63,455 nucleotides of DNA from Marinobacter sp. (GCA_052089485.1 JBQCZX010000001.1:1-63455), one strand, 5' to 3'; positions 9,904 through 20,597 are shown, counted from the stretch's first letter. The notes: generated by a model not told the origin, from the letters alone. Made by a program: numbers and translations.

Positions 9904-10494
9904 ATGGCTGAACAACCGGCAAACAAATCCGCTCCCCCGCGCAGTAATGTGCGGGTTATCGGCTGGTGCCTTGCCAGTGTGGCCGGAATGTTTGCCTTCG
10001 GTTTTGCGTTGGTGCCTCTGTATGACGTTTTCTGTGATATCACCGGCATTAACGGCAAAACCAGTGGCCGTTATGAATCTACTGAGCGCGTAGCCGCAGA
10101 CATGAACCGCACTATCAAAGTGCAGTTTCTGGCGCAGAACGGGCCTGATATGCCTTGGGTTTTTCGGCCAGTAGAACGCAGTGTTGAGGTTCACCCGGGT
10201 GAACCCACCACGGTGAATTTCTACGCCGAGAATCCAACCGGCCAGGATATGGTAGGGCAGGCGATACCCAGCCTGTCGCCATCTGAGGGCACCCTGTATT
10301 TCCATAAAACCGAGTGTTTTTGTTTTAACCAACAGCCGCTTTCAGCTGGCCAGAACACGGAAATGCCTCTGGTCTTTATTGTCGACCAGGATCTTCCCGA
10401 GCACATCACCAAACTGACACTGTCCTATACGCTTTATGATCAGGGTGAGCCACAAGCTGCCGTGAAAAACACAACAACAAACGATAATGGATAA
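9904..10494 (+). CDS. ctaG: Cytochrome c oxidase assembly protein CtaG/Cox11
   Basis: LVPLYDVFCDITG and KTECFCF. Confidence 0.95.
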   Translation: MAEQPANKSAPPRSNVRVIGWCLASVAGMFAFGFALVPLYDVFCDITGINGKTSGRYESTERVAADMNRTIKVQFLAQNGPDMPWVFRPVERSVEVHPGEPTTVNFYAENPTGQDMVGQAIPSLSPSEGTLYFHKTECFCFNQQPLSAGQNTEMPLVFIVDQDLPEHITKLTLSYTLYDQGEPQAAVKNTTTNDNG

Positions 10495-10510
10495 GCCATC
10501 GGAGAGTGCT

Positions 10511-11398
10511 ATGGCGGACTATCAGAATTACTACGTTCCCGAACAGAGCAAGTGGCCGATTGTTGCAACGGTGGGCTTAGGGGTTACCCTGTTTGGGGCA
10601 GCCTCAATTATGGTCGCCAGCAACCAGGGCGAGAGCACGAACGGCGGCTGGATGATATTTGCAGCCGGCGTGCTGACCATGATTTACATGCTGTTTGGCT
10701 GGTTTGGCAGTGTGATAAAAGAGAGCCGCAGCGGTCTTTATAGCCCACAAATGGACCGTTCGTTCCGTTGGGGGATGAGTTGGTTTATTTTCTCGGAAAT
10801 AATGTTTTTTGCGGCCTTTTTTGGTGCGCTTTTCTACGCCCGAGTGTTTGCCGTGCCCTGGCTTGGGGGGGAAGGTGACCGGGGCAGTTCCCACATGCTT
10901 TGGGAAGGTTTTCAGGCAACTTGGCCGTTGATCAACAACCCAGATCCCGAAGTCTTCCCAGCGCCACAATCGGTGATCGGAGCCTGGGGTTTGCCGCTGG
11001 TGAACACCATCTTGTTGGTTACTTCGTCGTTTACCGTAACGGTTGCGCACCATGCTTTAAAAGCAGATAACCGTAAGAAAGCGAAGATGTGGCTAGGAGC
11101 CACTATAGTGTTGGCGCTTGTCTTCTTGTTTTTTCAGGCAGAAGAGTATTTGCATGCCTATCAGGAGCTCAATCTAACGCTTCAGTCCGGCATCTACGGC
11201 AGCACTTTCTTTATGCTTACCGGCTTTCACGGTGTTCACGTAATGTTGGGCACGCTGATGTTGATCATCATGCTGATACGCATTCACAAAGGGCACTTTA
11301 CGGCAGATAGCCATTTCGGGTTTGAGGCAACGTCCTGGTACTGGCACTTTGTAGATGTGGTTTGGCTGGGCTTGTTTGTGTTTGTGTATGTCATATAG
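10511..11398 (+). CDS. coxC: Cytochrome c oxidase subunit III
   Basis: GMSWFIFSE, TGFHGVHV, WYWHFVDVVW; GGAGA RBS before ATG 10511. Confidence 0.96.
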   Translation: MADYQNYYVPEQSKWPIVATVGLGVTLFGAASIMVASNQGESTNGGWMIFAAGVLTMIYMLFGWFGSVIKESRSGLYSPQMDRSFRWGMSWFIFSEIMFFAAFFGALFYARVFAVPWLGGEGDRGSSHMLWEGFQATWPLINNPDPEVFPAPQSVIGAWGLPLVNTILLVTSSFTVTVAHHALKADNRKKAKMWLGATIVLALVFLFFQAEEYLHAYQELNLTLQSGIYGSTFFMLTGFHGVHVMLGTLMLIIMLIRIHKGHFTADSHFGFEATSWYWHFVDVVWLGLFVFVYVI

Positions 11399-11416
11399 CG
11401 CAACAATGATTGTTTA

Positions 11417-11620
11417 TCAGGGAGTCGGGTGCAGTGTCAGGCTCCCTTGCCACAGTGACAGAAGAATAACGACCAGCAGCAACACGCTGAGCGCAACCCG
11501 GAGCGCGAGGGAATTCACCACCCGATTGGTTTTGCCGCCGTCTTTGATGAGAAAAAAAAGACCGCTGAAAAGACTTACGATGACGGCGAGCATGAGAATA
11601 ATGATAAGGGCTTTGAGCAT
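11417..11620 (-). CDS. Twin-transmembrane small protein (DUF2909/HIG1-like)
   Basis: 67 aa, two TM helices, SLFSGLFFL...SLALRVALS; typical antisense position inside cox clusters. Confidence 0.85.
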   Translation of the reverse strand: MLKALIIILMLAVIVSLFSGLFFLIKDGGKTNRVVNSLALRVALSVLLLVVILLSLWQGSLTLHPTP

Positions 11621-11674
11621 AAAAAATCTCTTTGGTTTCTGTTCTGGCTGCTGCCTGATTTACTATAGCAGACC

Positions 11675-12406
11675 ATGACTGAAGCAAAGAAAAACCCTCG
11701 AAAATGGCAGGTAGACTGGCGGTTAATGGTGTTTACGGGTGCCTTTTTACCGCTTTTGGTGTGTCTGGGCATTTGGCAGCTGAGCCGAGCGGAAGAGAAA
11801 CAGGTTCTGCTTGACCAATGGCAACAGCAGGCACAAAATCTCAACTGGCCGGAACAGGTGGCCAGCGGGCTGGATAACGGCAGGCCGGTGACGGTTACGG
11901 GGCTCTACGGCGAGCGCAGCTGGTTGTTGGATAACAGAACCCGCGATGGCATGGCGGGCTACGAGGTCTTCACGGCTTTTTACCCGCTGCAGGGCCCGCC
12001 GGTTCTGATTAACCGAGGCTGGGTAGCGGCCCCAAGAACGCGCAATGAACTGCCAGACGTGGCGCCCCCTGATGGTGTATTCAGCCTGACAGGTCGAGTA
12101 GGCCAATACCCGGAACCGCCGGTTCTTTCTGGCGACACCGCACCGGCAGAAGGCTGGCCCAGGCGGGTGCAGATGCTTCCCGGATCGGTTGCAAAAGCTG
12201 AGATTGCCGACTTGCCCTCTGCTATCATCCGGCTTCAGGACAGTGAGCAGCCTGGAGCTTACCGTGCTGATTGGAAACCAGATTTGATGGGGCCGCAAAC
12301 CCACTACGGGTATGCGACTCAATGGTTTGCGCTTGCCGTGGTGCTGACTATATTGAGTGTAGTCGCGAGTTATCGAAAGACAGGATCCAATAATGATAAT
12401 GGCTAG
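11675..12406 (+). CDS. SURF1 family protein
   Basis: LGIWQLSRAEEK, LINRGWV, HYGYATQWF. Confidence 0.93.
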   Translation: MTEAKKNPRKWQVDWRLMVFTGAFLPLLVCLGIWQLSRAEEKQVLLDQWQQQAQNLNWPEQVASGLDNGRPVTVTGLYGERSWLLDNRTRDGMAGYEVFTAFYPLQGPPVLINRGWVAAPRTRNELPDVAPPDGVFSLTGRVGQYPEPPVLSGDTAPAEGWPRRVQMLPGSVAKAEIADLPSAIIRLQDSEQPGAYRADWKPDLMGPQTHYGYATQWFALAVVLTILSVVASYRKTGSNNDNG

Positions 12407-13037
12407 TCAGATATCAAAACAGGAACAGACAGACGGCCCCACGCCCGAACAGACACGCAAGGGCCGGCGTACCGCTTTTTTGTTGTTTGCCTTTGGCTTT
12501 GGGCCGATGATTCTGGCCACCATAATGTTTTATACCGGCTGGCTGAACCCTGTTGGCCACACCAACCAAGGCGTGCTGGTTGCACCGGCGGTACCTGTCG
12601 CAGATCTTCACCTCGAAACGCTTTCGGGTGAGCCGTTGGCTAAGCGCTTCACCGCAGGGCAAACGGATCCCCAATGGCTCTTAGTGGTCGCAGCGGGCGA
12701 GTGCGACAGCCGCTGTGAAGAACTACTCTATCTGGCCAGGCAAGCCAACATCGCGCTGGGTAAAAACGCCAATCGAGTATCCAGAGCCGCTGTGTTGGGA
12801 GGCATTACCGGCGATTTAGCAGCGCGCTGGCCCACGGAATATCGATTAATGGAGCGTCTGGTGCCGGCCCCTGGCACAGCCCCGGCTTGGCCTGCGGGCA
12901 TTAATCCAGAACAAGAGCCACGCATAATGCTGATTGATCCATTTGGGAACGTGATGATGCACTACGGCCCGGAAAATTCTGGCAAGGACATGCTCAAGGA
13001 TCTGAAACACCTGCTCAAATTGTCACTGGTTGGCTGA
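12399..13037 (+). CDS. Cox-cluster membrane-anchored thioredoxin-like hypothetical protein
   Basis: N-terminal TM, CDSRC, IDPFGNVMM..DLKHLLK; sits between SURF1 and ctaA. Confidence 0.8.
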   Translation: MASQISKQEQTDGPTPEQTRKGRRTAFLLFAFGFGPMILATIMFYTGWLNPVGHTNQGVLVAPAVPVADLHLETLSGEPLAKRFTAGQTDPQWLLVVAAGECDSRCEELLYLARQANIALGKNANRVSRAAVLGGITGDLAARWPTEYRLMERLVPAPGTAPAWPAGINPEQEPRIMLIDPFGNVMMHYGPENSGKDMLKDLKHLLKLSLVG

Positions 13038-14193
13038 CGGCCAGCCCCGAGGAGTAGTCTTGAACTATCGGTCCGCCGACAGCCTGCCAAAAACCCGTGC
13101 CATGGCGAACTGGGCAGCATTCTCAGTGCTTCTCGCCATTGTGGTTATCATGCTGGGCGCTTGGACACGGCTGGTTGATGCAGGGCTGGGTTGCCCTGAC
13201 TGGCCCGGGTGTTACGGGTTTATATCCGTGCCCCAGAGCGAGACGCACATTGCCATAGCCAATGCCCGGTTCCCAGATACTCCCGTGGATGTGGCCAAAG
13301 GCTGGCCAGAAATGATTCACCGCTACGCCGCCAGCACGTTGGGGCTGGTGGTGTTTGGTTTGGCAACTGCAGCAGTGAGGCAGCGCCGCAGCGGCGTACC
13401 CTTCAAACTACCGCTTTTCATTGCCGGCTTTATCCTGCTTCAGGGTGCCTTTGGCATGTGGACCGTCACCCTGAAACTCTGGCCCCAGGTCGTTGCACTG
13501 CACCTTTTGGGAGGCTTTACGACGATTAGCCTGCTTACCTTACTGACCCTCCGGCTACGGAAGTTCTCGGCCGCGCAGGCGACGTCTGAGGATACAGCGC
13601 CACAAGCAAGGACCAGGCTCGACGGATCGGCTTTTCGCCTCGTCAGCCTTCGCCCCTGGCTATACGGTGGTTTGCTTCTCATTGTGTTGCAGATTGCCCT
13701 GGGCGCGTGGACAGCTGCGAACTATGCCGCCGTCGCCTGTCCCGATCTACCAACCTGCCAAGGCCAGTGGTGGCCCGAAGGTATGGATTTCCAGCACGGT
13801 TTTGATATCACCCAGCACGTCGGCCCCAACTATTTGGGCGGGCAACTCACTGCAGATGGCCGAGTAGCGATACACGTAACCCACAGACTAGGTGCCTTGG
13901 CTACACTGGCCTATTTCAGTGTCTTACTGACTTTGATCTGGCGCCGGAGTTTTAACCGGGAACTGCACGGCCCTGTTCGATTGGTGACTGCTGTATTGGT
14001 AGCTCAGATCACACTTGGGCTCGCCAATGTTCTATTCTATATTCCTCTGCCGGTTGCAGTGGCCCACAATGCTATGGGCGCTGGGCTGCTGCTGTCGGTG
14101 ATTTATCTGATTTGGCGGCATCATCTGCTGCCACAGGCCCAGGCTTCAAAAGCAACACACTCAACAAAAGTGCATCAGGAGGTTACGGCATGA
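13030..14193 (+). CDS. ctaA: Heme A synthase CtaA/COX15
   Basis: DAGLGCPDWPGCYG, EMIHRY, HVTHR; exact start uncertain. Confidence 0.93.
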   Translation: MADGQPRGVVLNYRSADSLPKTRAMANWAAFSVLLAIVVIMLGAWTRLVDAGLGCPDWPGCYGFISVPQSETHIAIANARFPDTPVDVAKGWPEMIHRYAASTLGLVVFGLATAAVRQRRSGVPFKLPLFIAGFILLQGAFGMWTVTLKLWPQVVALHLLGGFTTISLLTLLTLRLRKFSAAQATSEDTAPQARTRLDGSAFRLVSLRPWLYGGLLLIVLQIALGAWTAANYAAVACPDLPTCQGQWWPEGMDFQHGFDITQHVGPNYLGGQLTADGRVAIHVTHRLGALATLAYFSVLLTLIWRRSFNRELHGPVRLVTAVLVAQITLGLANVLFYIPLPVAVAHNAMGAGLLLSVIYLIWRHHLLPQAQASKATHSTKVHQEVTA

Positions 14194-15110
14194 GTGAGCA
14201 AGTGGACGTACTGCCGGCCCAGCAAGTATCCAAGCAATCCGCACGCGGCATTTCCTGGCGGGATTATCTGGAGTTAACTAAACCCAACGTTGTGGCCTTG
14301 ATGATCCTGACATCGGTCATCGGCATGCTACTTGCCACCTCTGGGTTACCCGGTTGGGGTGTGCTGATCTGGGGCAACATGGGCATCGCCTTCCTTGCCG
14401 GCGCCGCTGCCGTAGTCAACCATGTGGTCGATCAAAAGATCGATACTGTCATGGCACGCACCCGCAAGCGCCCTGTGGCCACAGGCAAGATCTCCCCGGT
14501 AGAAGCGATCGTGTTTGCCGCACTGCTGGCCAGTGTGGGCATGTTTGTGCTGATGTGGCAGGTAAACCATCTAACCGCATGGCTGACCCTAGCCTCTCTG
14601 GTAGGTTATGCCGGCGTTTACACCCTGTTCCTAAAGCGGGCAACTCCGCAAAACATCACCATCGGCGGCCTAGCCGGCGCCATGCCGCCTTTACTGGGCT
14701 GGACAGCCGTAACCGGCCAAGTGGATGGCCATGCTTTATTGCTGGTTCTGATCATCTTCGCCTGGACCCCACCGCACTTCTGGGCTTTGGCCATTCACCG
14801 CAAAGAAGAATATGCGAAGGCCGGCATTCCGATGCTGCCGGTCACTCACGGCAACAAATACACCGAACTCCATATTCTGCTGTACACCTTAATGTTGCTG
14901 GCCGTTAGCCTCCTGCCTTTCGTCACCGGCATGTCCGGCTGGATTTACTTGGCTGGCGCTCTGGTTCTAGGCCTACGCTTCCTCCAATATGCTATACGGT
15001 TGATTAAAGGCGATGACCGCCGAGTAGCCCTAAACACCTTCAAATACTCCATAACTTACCTAATGGCTCTGTTTGTGGTACTTCTCGTAGATCATTATGT
15101 GTTCTTTTGA
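14190..15110 (+). CDS. cyoE: Protoheme IX farnesyltransferase (heme O synthase)
   Basis: LTKPNVV, DTVMARTRKRP, WTPPHFWAL; AGGAGG RBS and ATGA overlap with ctaA. Confidence 0.95.
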   Translation: MSEQVDVLPAQQVSKQSARGISWRDYLELTKPNVVALMILTSVIGMLLATSGLPGWGVLIWGNMGIAFLAGAAAVVNHVVDQKIDTVMARTRKRPVATGKISPVEAIVFAALLASVGMFVLMWQVNHLTAWLTLASLVGYAGVYTLFLKRATPQNITIGGLAGAMPPLLGWTAVTGQVDGHALLLVLIIFAWTPPHFWALAIHRKEEYAKAGIPMLPVTHGNKYTELHILLYTLMLLAVSLLPFVTGMSGWIYLAGALVLGLRFLQYAIRLIKGDDRRVALNTFKYSITYLMALFVVLLVDHYVFF

Positions 15111-15197
15111 CGCACACTCAGATGTACGCAAGAGGAAAAGGCACCACCCCCTCCTCTGAACACTGTGTAAAAATGGAGTCTGGCAGGTGGAGTTAGA

Positions 15198-15863
15198 ATG
15201 AATCGTTCAGTTCAAATAACGTTGGTTGTTCTTGTATTGGCCGTGGTTCTGATTTTTGGTTTGGTCGTTGGGCAGCAAGTGTTTCAGGTGGGCAACGTGG
15301 AGCCTGAACCGGCTCCAGATCTTGCCGAGATGAATGCCTATGTTTACGACCAACCACGGCCCCTGACAGAATTCACGCTAACCAACGAAAATGGCGAAAC
15401 CGTTACCCAGGAAAGCCTCCGGGGCCGGTGGACATTCGCATTTGTGGGCTACACCAACTGCCCGGACGTTTGCCCAGCGGCGATGGCCAACCTGCGACGC
15501 ACCGATAAGTTACTGCCGGATGAACTGCCGCAGCCAGATTATTTGCTTGTTACCGCCGATCCGGAACACGACACCCCTGGTAAACTTAAAGACTACACGG
15601 CGTTCTTTGGTGAGAACTTTCATGGCCTAACCGGCGACTTGGCAACTCTGCGAGAGCTGGCTAAGAACCTAAGTGCGGTTTTCGTGCACCGTCAGGTGGA
15701 CGGCGAGCTGCTGGTAGACCACAGCGGTCATTTTGCATTGCTGAACCCCAATGGCCAGCTGGCTGCACTTATTCAGCCGCCTCATCACCCAGAGGAGATG
15801 GCCGAAGCGTTTGAGCGCATTTATGAGTGGGCTAAAGCCAATCGCGAAAATGCCGGTTCCTGA
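15198..15863 (+). CDS. SCO family copper chaperone
   Basis: GYTNCPDVCP and DHSG. Confidence 0.93.
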   Translation: MNRSVQITLVVLVLAVVLIFGLVVGQQVFQVGNVEPEPAPDLAEMNAYVYDQPRPLTEFTLTNENGETVTQESLRGRWTFAFVGYTNCPDVCPAAMANLRRTDKLLPDELPQPDYLLVTADPEHDTPGKLKDYTAFFGENFHGLTGDLATLRELAKNLSAVFVHRQVDGELLVDHSGHFALLNPNGQLAALIQPPHHPEEMAEAFERIYEWAKANRENAGS

Positions 15864-15884
15864 GCCGGGTCAACGGGCTTTTTT
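15862..15884 (+). terminator. Possible intrinsic terminator after the cox cluster
   Basis: Imperfect GC stem followed by a T run. Confidence 0.4.
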
Positions 15885-15960
15885 GCTAAGGTTCAACTGA
15901 CATGGCGGCGGGACTCGCATAGACTGCCCGGCTGAAAATACACTCGCCGGAACAGACAAC

Positions 15961-17175
15961 ATGCCTCACCAGAAAAGCACAACTCCGCAAGAGCTCTTTG
16001 GTGTTTTGGCCGCTGGTGCCATTATGCTTTTGGTTGTGCACGCGCTCGGCCGCTTTATTTACACCCCGTTGTTGCCTTATTTGGTAGACGACGGCCTGTT
16101 CAGCGCATCAGATGGCGCGGCGGTCGCCACCTGGAACTATCTCGGTTATTTGATGGGGGCCATCCTGGCCATCCGCTGGCACAGGGTTAGCCAGATCCGC
16201 GTCATGCTGCCGGCTTTCCTGGGGGTGCATGTGATCACCACGCTGCTGATCACCCAAACCGACAACCTCACGGCAATCTCTGCCAGTCGCTGGCTGAACG
16301 GCGTCGCCAACGGTGTGGTGTTTGTGCAGGCTCCGGCGTTGATCCTTGAATGGCTGGTGCTGCGCAACAGATCCAGCATGAGCGGACTTGTGTATATTGG
16401 CGTAGGCTTGGGTTTGTTGGTATCCAGCGGGTTGGTCACCGTTAGCGCCGATTGGCTGGAAGGTGCGCAGCGCTGGTGGCCTGCGGCCCTGCTCTCTATT
16501 CCGCTGGCGATATGGGGTGCGCACCGGCTGTCCAAGCTGGATTTGCCGGACGAAGGTCGCGGCAGTGACGGCAAGGCCGTGGCCACGTCACCCTTGTTTG
16601 ACCGTGCCAGCGTGCCCCTGTTTTTGTCTTATGGCGGCGCCGGGCTGGGTTATATTCTTCCCATGACTTTTTTGCCGCTGTTGGCAAAGCTTGAACTTGA
16701 AGCCGACCATTGGTTGCTCGACGGAGCCTGGCTCATCGTCGCTTTGTGCACTATTCCGGCCGCTTGGTTGTGGAACCGGCTAGGCAGCAAAATGGGAGAC
16801 ATCTCCGCCCTGAAGCTGAATTTTGTGATTCAGCTGGCGGGTGTATTAGCCGCCGTGCTCTGGCCCGGTGCGACCGGCCTGCTACTTTGCGCTGCACTGG
16901 TCGGCGGCACATTCCTCGGTACGGTACTGCTCACCCAACGCATTGCCCGTGCGCTGCATCCACATCAAGGGCCAAGGCTTTCAGCAGCGATGGTCGCACT
17001 CTATGGATTCACTCAGATGGTCGGCCCCTGGTTGACCAAACAGTGGCTGGATGCCGGCGGCACCTTGGTTTCCGCCTTTGGTATTGGTGTAGGGGCACTG
17101 GCCTTCGGCCTGATCTTCGTTTTCTTCGTTCCCCGCCCGGAAGCTTGGCATGCGCGAACGATCCAACCTGACTGA
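15961..17175 (+). CDS. YbfB/YjiJ family MFS transporter
   Basis: GRFIYTPLLP, NYLGY, GLGYI..TFLP; about 12 TM. Confidence 0.85.
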   Translation: MPHQKSTTPQELFGVLAAGAIMLLVVHALGRFIYTPLLPYLVDDGLFSASDGAAVATWNYLGYLMGAILAIRWHRVSQIRVMLPAFLGVHVITTLLITQTDNLTAISASRWLNGVANGVVFVQAPALILEWLVLRNRSSMSGLVYIGVGLGLLVSSGLVTVSADWLEGAQRWWPAALLSIPLAIWGAHRLSKLDLPDEGRGSDGKAVATSPLFDRASVPLFLSYGGAGLGYILPMTFLPLLAKLELEADHWLLDGAWLIVALCTIPAAWLWNRLGSKMGDISALKLNFVIQLAGVLAAVLWPGATGLLLCAALVGGTFLGTVLLTQRIARALHPHQGPRLSAAMVALYGFTQMVGPWLTKQWLDAGGTLVSAFGIGVGALAFGLIFVFFVPRPEAWHARTIQPD

Positions 17176-19672
17176 CCCACACGTGTTGCCAATAGACCAG
17201 ATACTGCCAGAGCTGAAACATACTCTGCAGCAGACCACCACGGCTCTACTACAGGCGCCCCCAGGTGCCGGTAAAACTACTCGTGTGCCCCTGGCTTTGC
17301 TGGATGCAGGCTGGCGGCAGGGTCGCAAAATCTTAATGCTGGAGCCAAGGCGGCTGGCGGCTCGGTCGGCGGCAAGATACATGGCTGCGCAACTGGGCGA
17401 AAAGCCCGGGCAAACCGTGGGCTATCGCACGCGGCTGGATACCAAAGTATCCCGCGCGACCTGTATAGAAGTGGTGACCGAGGGCATTCTTACCCGGCTG
17501 ATCCAAAGAGATCCTATGCTCGAAGACTACGCCGCCGTGCTGTTTGATGAATTCCATGAGCGTTCTTTACAGGCCGATCTAGGGTTGGCCTTGGTGCGTG
17601 AAACCCAAGAGGCGCTGCGGGAAGATCTTCGGGTATTGGTAATGTCAGCGACGCTGGATACAGCGCCCATAGCTCGCCTGCTTGGGGGTGTGCCCGTATT
17701 GAGTAGCGAGGGACGGGCCTTTCCGGTGGATGTGTTCTATCGCCCCACACCGGCCACACAGCGTAACCCAAGGTTGGTAGATCAGGTTGTAGTCGTGGTT
17801 ACCGAAGCCTTGGCGCAGCAAACAGGCTCAGTGCTTGTGTTCCTGCCGGGTGCCGGGGAGATTCACCGGGCGGCCCAGGCTTTAACCGGGCAAGTCGCCA
17901 AAAATGTGGTGATCGCGCCGCTATTTGGCAATCTCAAAGCCGCTGAACAGGATCAGGCCATTGCGCCTGCCACAGAGGGCACTCGCAAGGTAGTGCTGGC
18001 AACCGCCATTGCCGAAACCAGCTTGACCATCGAAGGCGTGCGCGTGGTGGTGGATAGTGGCCAGCAGCGCCGAGCGGTGTTTGATGCCAACAGCGGAATG
18101 ACGCGGTTGGTAACCGGGCGGGTATCGAAAGCCTCGGCAGAACAGCGCAAAGGCCGCGCTGGGCGCGTTGAGCCAGGTGTGTGTTACCGGTTGTGGAGTG
18201 AGTCAGAGCAATTTGGGCTGGCCGAGTATACGCCGCCGGAGATTCGCGAGGCAGATCTCGCGCCATTGGTACTGGAATTGGCTCAGTGGGGTGCTCGCAC
18301 GGCAGATCAACTGGTATGGATCGACCCGCCACCGCCTGCACACTGGCAACAAGCGCTAGAGTTGCTGCAGTGGTTAGACATGCTGGATGTCGAAGGCGCG
18401 ATTACCGAGCACGGCAAATCCGCTCGTGCGCTGGGCATTCACCCCCGGCTCGCGCATATGGTTGTCTTGGGCCGATCGCTCGGGTTGGGCAGGTTGGCAG
18501 CGGAACTGGCCGCGTTGTTGGAAGATCGGGATTTGCTAGGCCCGGGTGCCGGTGCGGATATGCATGAGCGTATAAGAGTATTAAGAGGAGAGCATGGCTC
18601 TCAGCGCGTAGACCCTCATCGGCTTCAAGCTCTGCGCCAGCAGGCAAAACGCTTGTCTGAGGCTAGCGCTTATAAACAAGGCGAGCAGGAACTCGTGCCA
18701 ACGGCCACGGAAGTGGGGCGTTTGTTAGCACTCGCTTATCCGGACCGTGTTGGCAAGCGCCGGCCCGGAGACACGCCACGTTACCAGCTCAGCAATGGTA
18801 AAGGTGCCATGCTGCGGGAAGACGATGGGCTGGCCCGGTATGAATGGTTGGTGGCTGCGGATCTGGATGGTAAGGCCAAAGAGGCAAGGATATACCTAGC
18901 AGCGCCGGTGGATCTGCCAACCCTAGAAACTGATTTGGCGGCTCACATTCGTGAGCAGAACGAGGCGGAATGGGACGATAAACGCGGCACGGTGGTTGCC
19001 CGCAAAACCCGCCGGCTAGGTGCATTACTTCTTGCCGAAAAATCCCTTAAACAACCCTCGCTCGAGCTGATTCAGCAAGGTCTGTTAGCTGCGGTAAGGC
19101 GCAAAGGGCTGGATAGCTTGCCTTGGACACCTGGCACCCGGCAATGGCAGGCAAGGGTTATGCTGCTGACTAAACATTTTCCTGATCAGTGGCCGGATGC
19201 CAGCGATCCGGTGCTAATAAACTCTATGGAACACTGGTTGGCGCCTTTTTTAGTGGGCATCAACCGCTGGTCTGAATTGGCCAAGCTGAACCTACAGAGT
19301 GCCCTGACCAGTCTGCTGGACTATCCGCAACAGCAGCAACTAGCGGAACTCGCACCTACTGCGCTAACCATCCCCACTGGCAGCTCCGTTGCTCTGGATT
19401 ACACCGCTGAAAACGGCCCGGTTCTGGCCGCTAAGCTGCAGGCGTTGTTCGGCTGGACAAAAACGCCGGCAGTCGCGGGCGGTAAGGTACCGGTGTTGAT
19501 TCACCTGCTCTCTCCAGCCCGGCGGCCGCTGGCTGTCACGGCAGACTTGGCCAGTTTCTGGTCTAACGTTTATCCACAGGTGCGCAAAGACAGCCGTGGC
19601 CGTTATCCGAAACACCCCTGGCCAGAAGATCCGTTAACCGCCGTTGCCCAGCAGGGCATCAAAAGAAGGTAA
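17150..19672 (+). CDS. hrpB: ATP-dependent helicase HrpB
   Basis: APPGAGKTT, DEFHER, MSAT, QRKGRAGR, C-terminal GRYPKHPWPEDP; true start may be about 17171-17186. Confidence 0.95.
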   Translation: MRERSNLTDPHVLPIDQILPELKHTLQQTTTALLQAPPGAGKTTRVPLALLDAGWRQGRKILMLEPRRLAARSAARYMAAQLGEKPGQTVGYRTRLDTKVSRATCIEVVTEGILTRLIQRDPMLEDYAAVLFDEFHERSLQADLGLALVRETQEALREDLRVLVMSATLDTAPIARLLGGVPVLSSEGRAFPVDVFYRPTPATQRNPRLVDQVVVVVTEALAQQTGSVLVFLPGAGEIHRAAQALTGQVAKNVVIAPLFGNLKAAEQDQAIAPATEGTRKVVLATAIAETSLTIEGVRVVVDSGQQRRAVFDANSGMTRLVTGRVSKASAEQRKGRAGRVEPGVCYRLWSESEQFGLAEYTPPEIREADLAPLVLELAQWGARTADQLVWIDPPPPAHWQQALELLQWLDMLDVEGAITEHGKSARALGIHPRLAHMVVLGRSLGLGRLAAELAALLEDRDLLGPGAGADMHERIRVLRGEHGSQRVDPHRLQALRQQAKRLSEASAYKQGEQELVPTATEVGRLLALAYPDRVGKRRPGDTPRYQLSNGKGAMLREDDGLARYEWLVAADLDGKAKEARIYLAAPVDLPTLETDLAAHIREQNEAEWDDKRGTVVARKTRRLGALLLAEKSLKQPSLELIQQGLLAAVRRKGLDSLPWTPGTRQWQARVMLLTKHFPDQWPDASDPVLINSMEHWLAPFLVGINRWSELAKLNLQSALTSLLDYPQQQQLAELAPTALTIPTGSSVALDYTAENGPVLAAKLQALFGWTKTPAVAGGKVPVLIHLLSPARRPLAVTADLASFWSNVYPQVRKDSRGRYPKHPWPEDPLTAVAQQGIKRR

Positions 19673-19760
19673 TTCCCGTATTCAAATTAACTCACAAAAT
19701 GCTTGTGCCCAGACCAAAACTACTTAAGACTTGCGCACCCTAATTTGCGCGACACCGCCC

Positions 19761-20576
19761 ATGCATTTTGTATCGTTTAATGTTTTCCGCACGCTCGGCT
19801 TTCCCGACACGACCGTACTTAAGCCGGAGCATTTTCTGCGCCATAAAGAAATGTTGCGCGATGCAGACTGGGTGCTTTTCCCCGAATATTGGCAGCTCAA
19901 TGCCCTGGTGCACGGCTTGAAATGCCGCGTGTTTCCGAGCGTTGCCAGCTATCGTATTGGTCATGACAAGGTGGAGATGACCCGGGCTTTTGAAGCCGTA
20001 GCGCCCGAACATATTCCCTGGACAATCATTGAAGCCAACGGGCCTCAGGAGCGTGAACATATTTGGGGCGCTATGGTGCTGCCCTTTGTAGCTAAGCTGC
20101 CCAAAGCCAGTATGGGCGAAGGCGTGTGGCTAATTGAGAACCGTGACGACTGGCACAGGTACTGTGAGCGCACGGATGTTTTGTATGCTCAGGAATATCT
20201 GCCGCTGGATCGTGACGCACGTATTGTGGTGGTGGGCGATAAAGTTGTCACAGCTTACTGGCGTACACAGGCTGAGCAGGGTTTTTACAACAATGTGTCC
20301 AAGGGTGGCCTGATTGACAACAGCCCGGTGCCGGCCGTAATGACCGAGCTTGCCCTGCGGCTTGCACGGGAGCTGGAAGTGGATCACGCCGGCTTTGATA
20401 TTGCTCTGGTGGAAGGCTACCCGTACGTGCTGGAGTTTAACCGCTTATTCGGCAATCAGGGGTTGGGCCAAGGCAGTGACCTGAAGGATGCGATTCTGGA
20501 ATACCTGCAGCAGCACAGTGAGCCCCGAGATCCGGGAACCACAACCCCGGAGCCATTCAACCCAATAGCGGTCTGA
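19761..20576 (+). CDS. RimK-like ATP-grasp protein
   Basis: KASMGEGVWLI, QEYL, DARIVVVG, NNVSKGG, GFDI, LEFN; ATG at 19761. Confidence 0.8.
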   Translation: MHFVSFNVFRTLGFPDTTVLKPEHFLRHKEMLRDADWVLFPEYWQLNALVHGLKCRVFPSVASYRIGHDKVEMTRAFEAVAPEHIPWTIIEANGPQEREHIWGAMVLPFVAKLPKASMGEGVWLIENRDDWHRYCERTDVLYAQEYLPLDRDARIVVVGDKVVTAYWRTQAEQGFYNNVSKGGLIDNSPVPAVMTELALRLARELEVDHAGFDIALVEGYPYVLEFNRLFGNQGLGQGSDLKDAILEYLQQHSEPRDPGTTTPEPFNPIAV

Positions 20577-20597
20577 ACCCCGGTTCGGGCTGTTTGG

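Noticed and set aside
7125-15863. CoxB-cytochrome c fusion and the antisense small gene in the cox cluster as novelties
   Set aside because: Both are standard in Pseudomonas-like aa3 oxidase clusters
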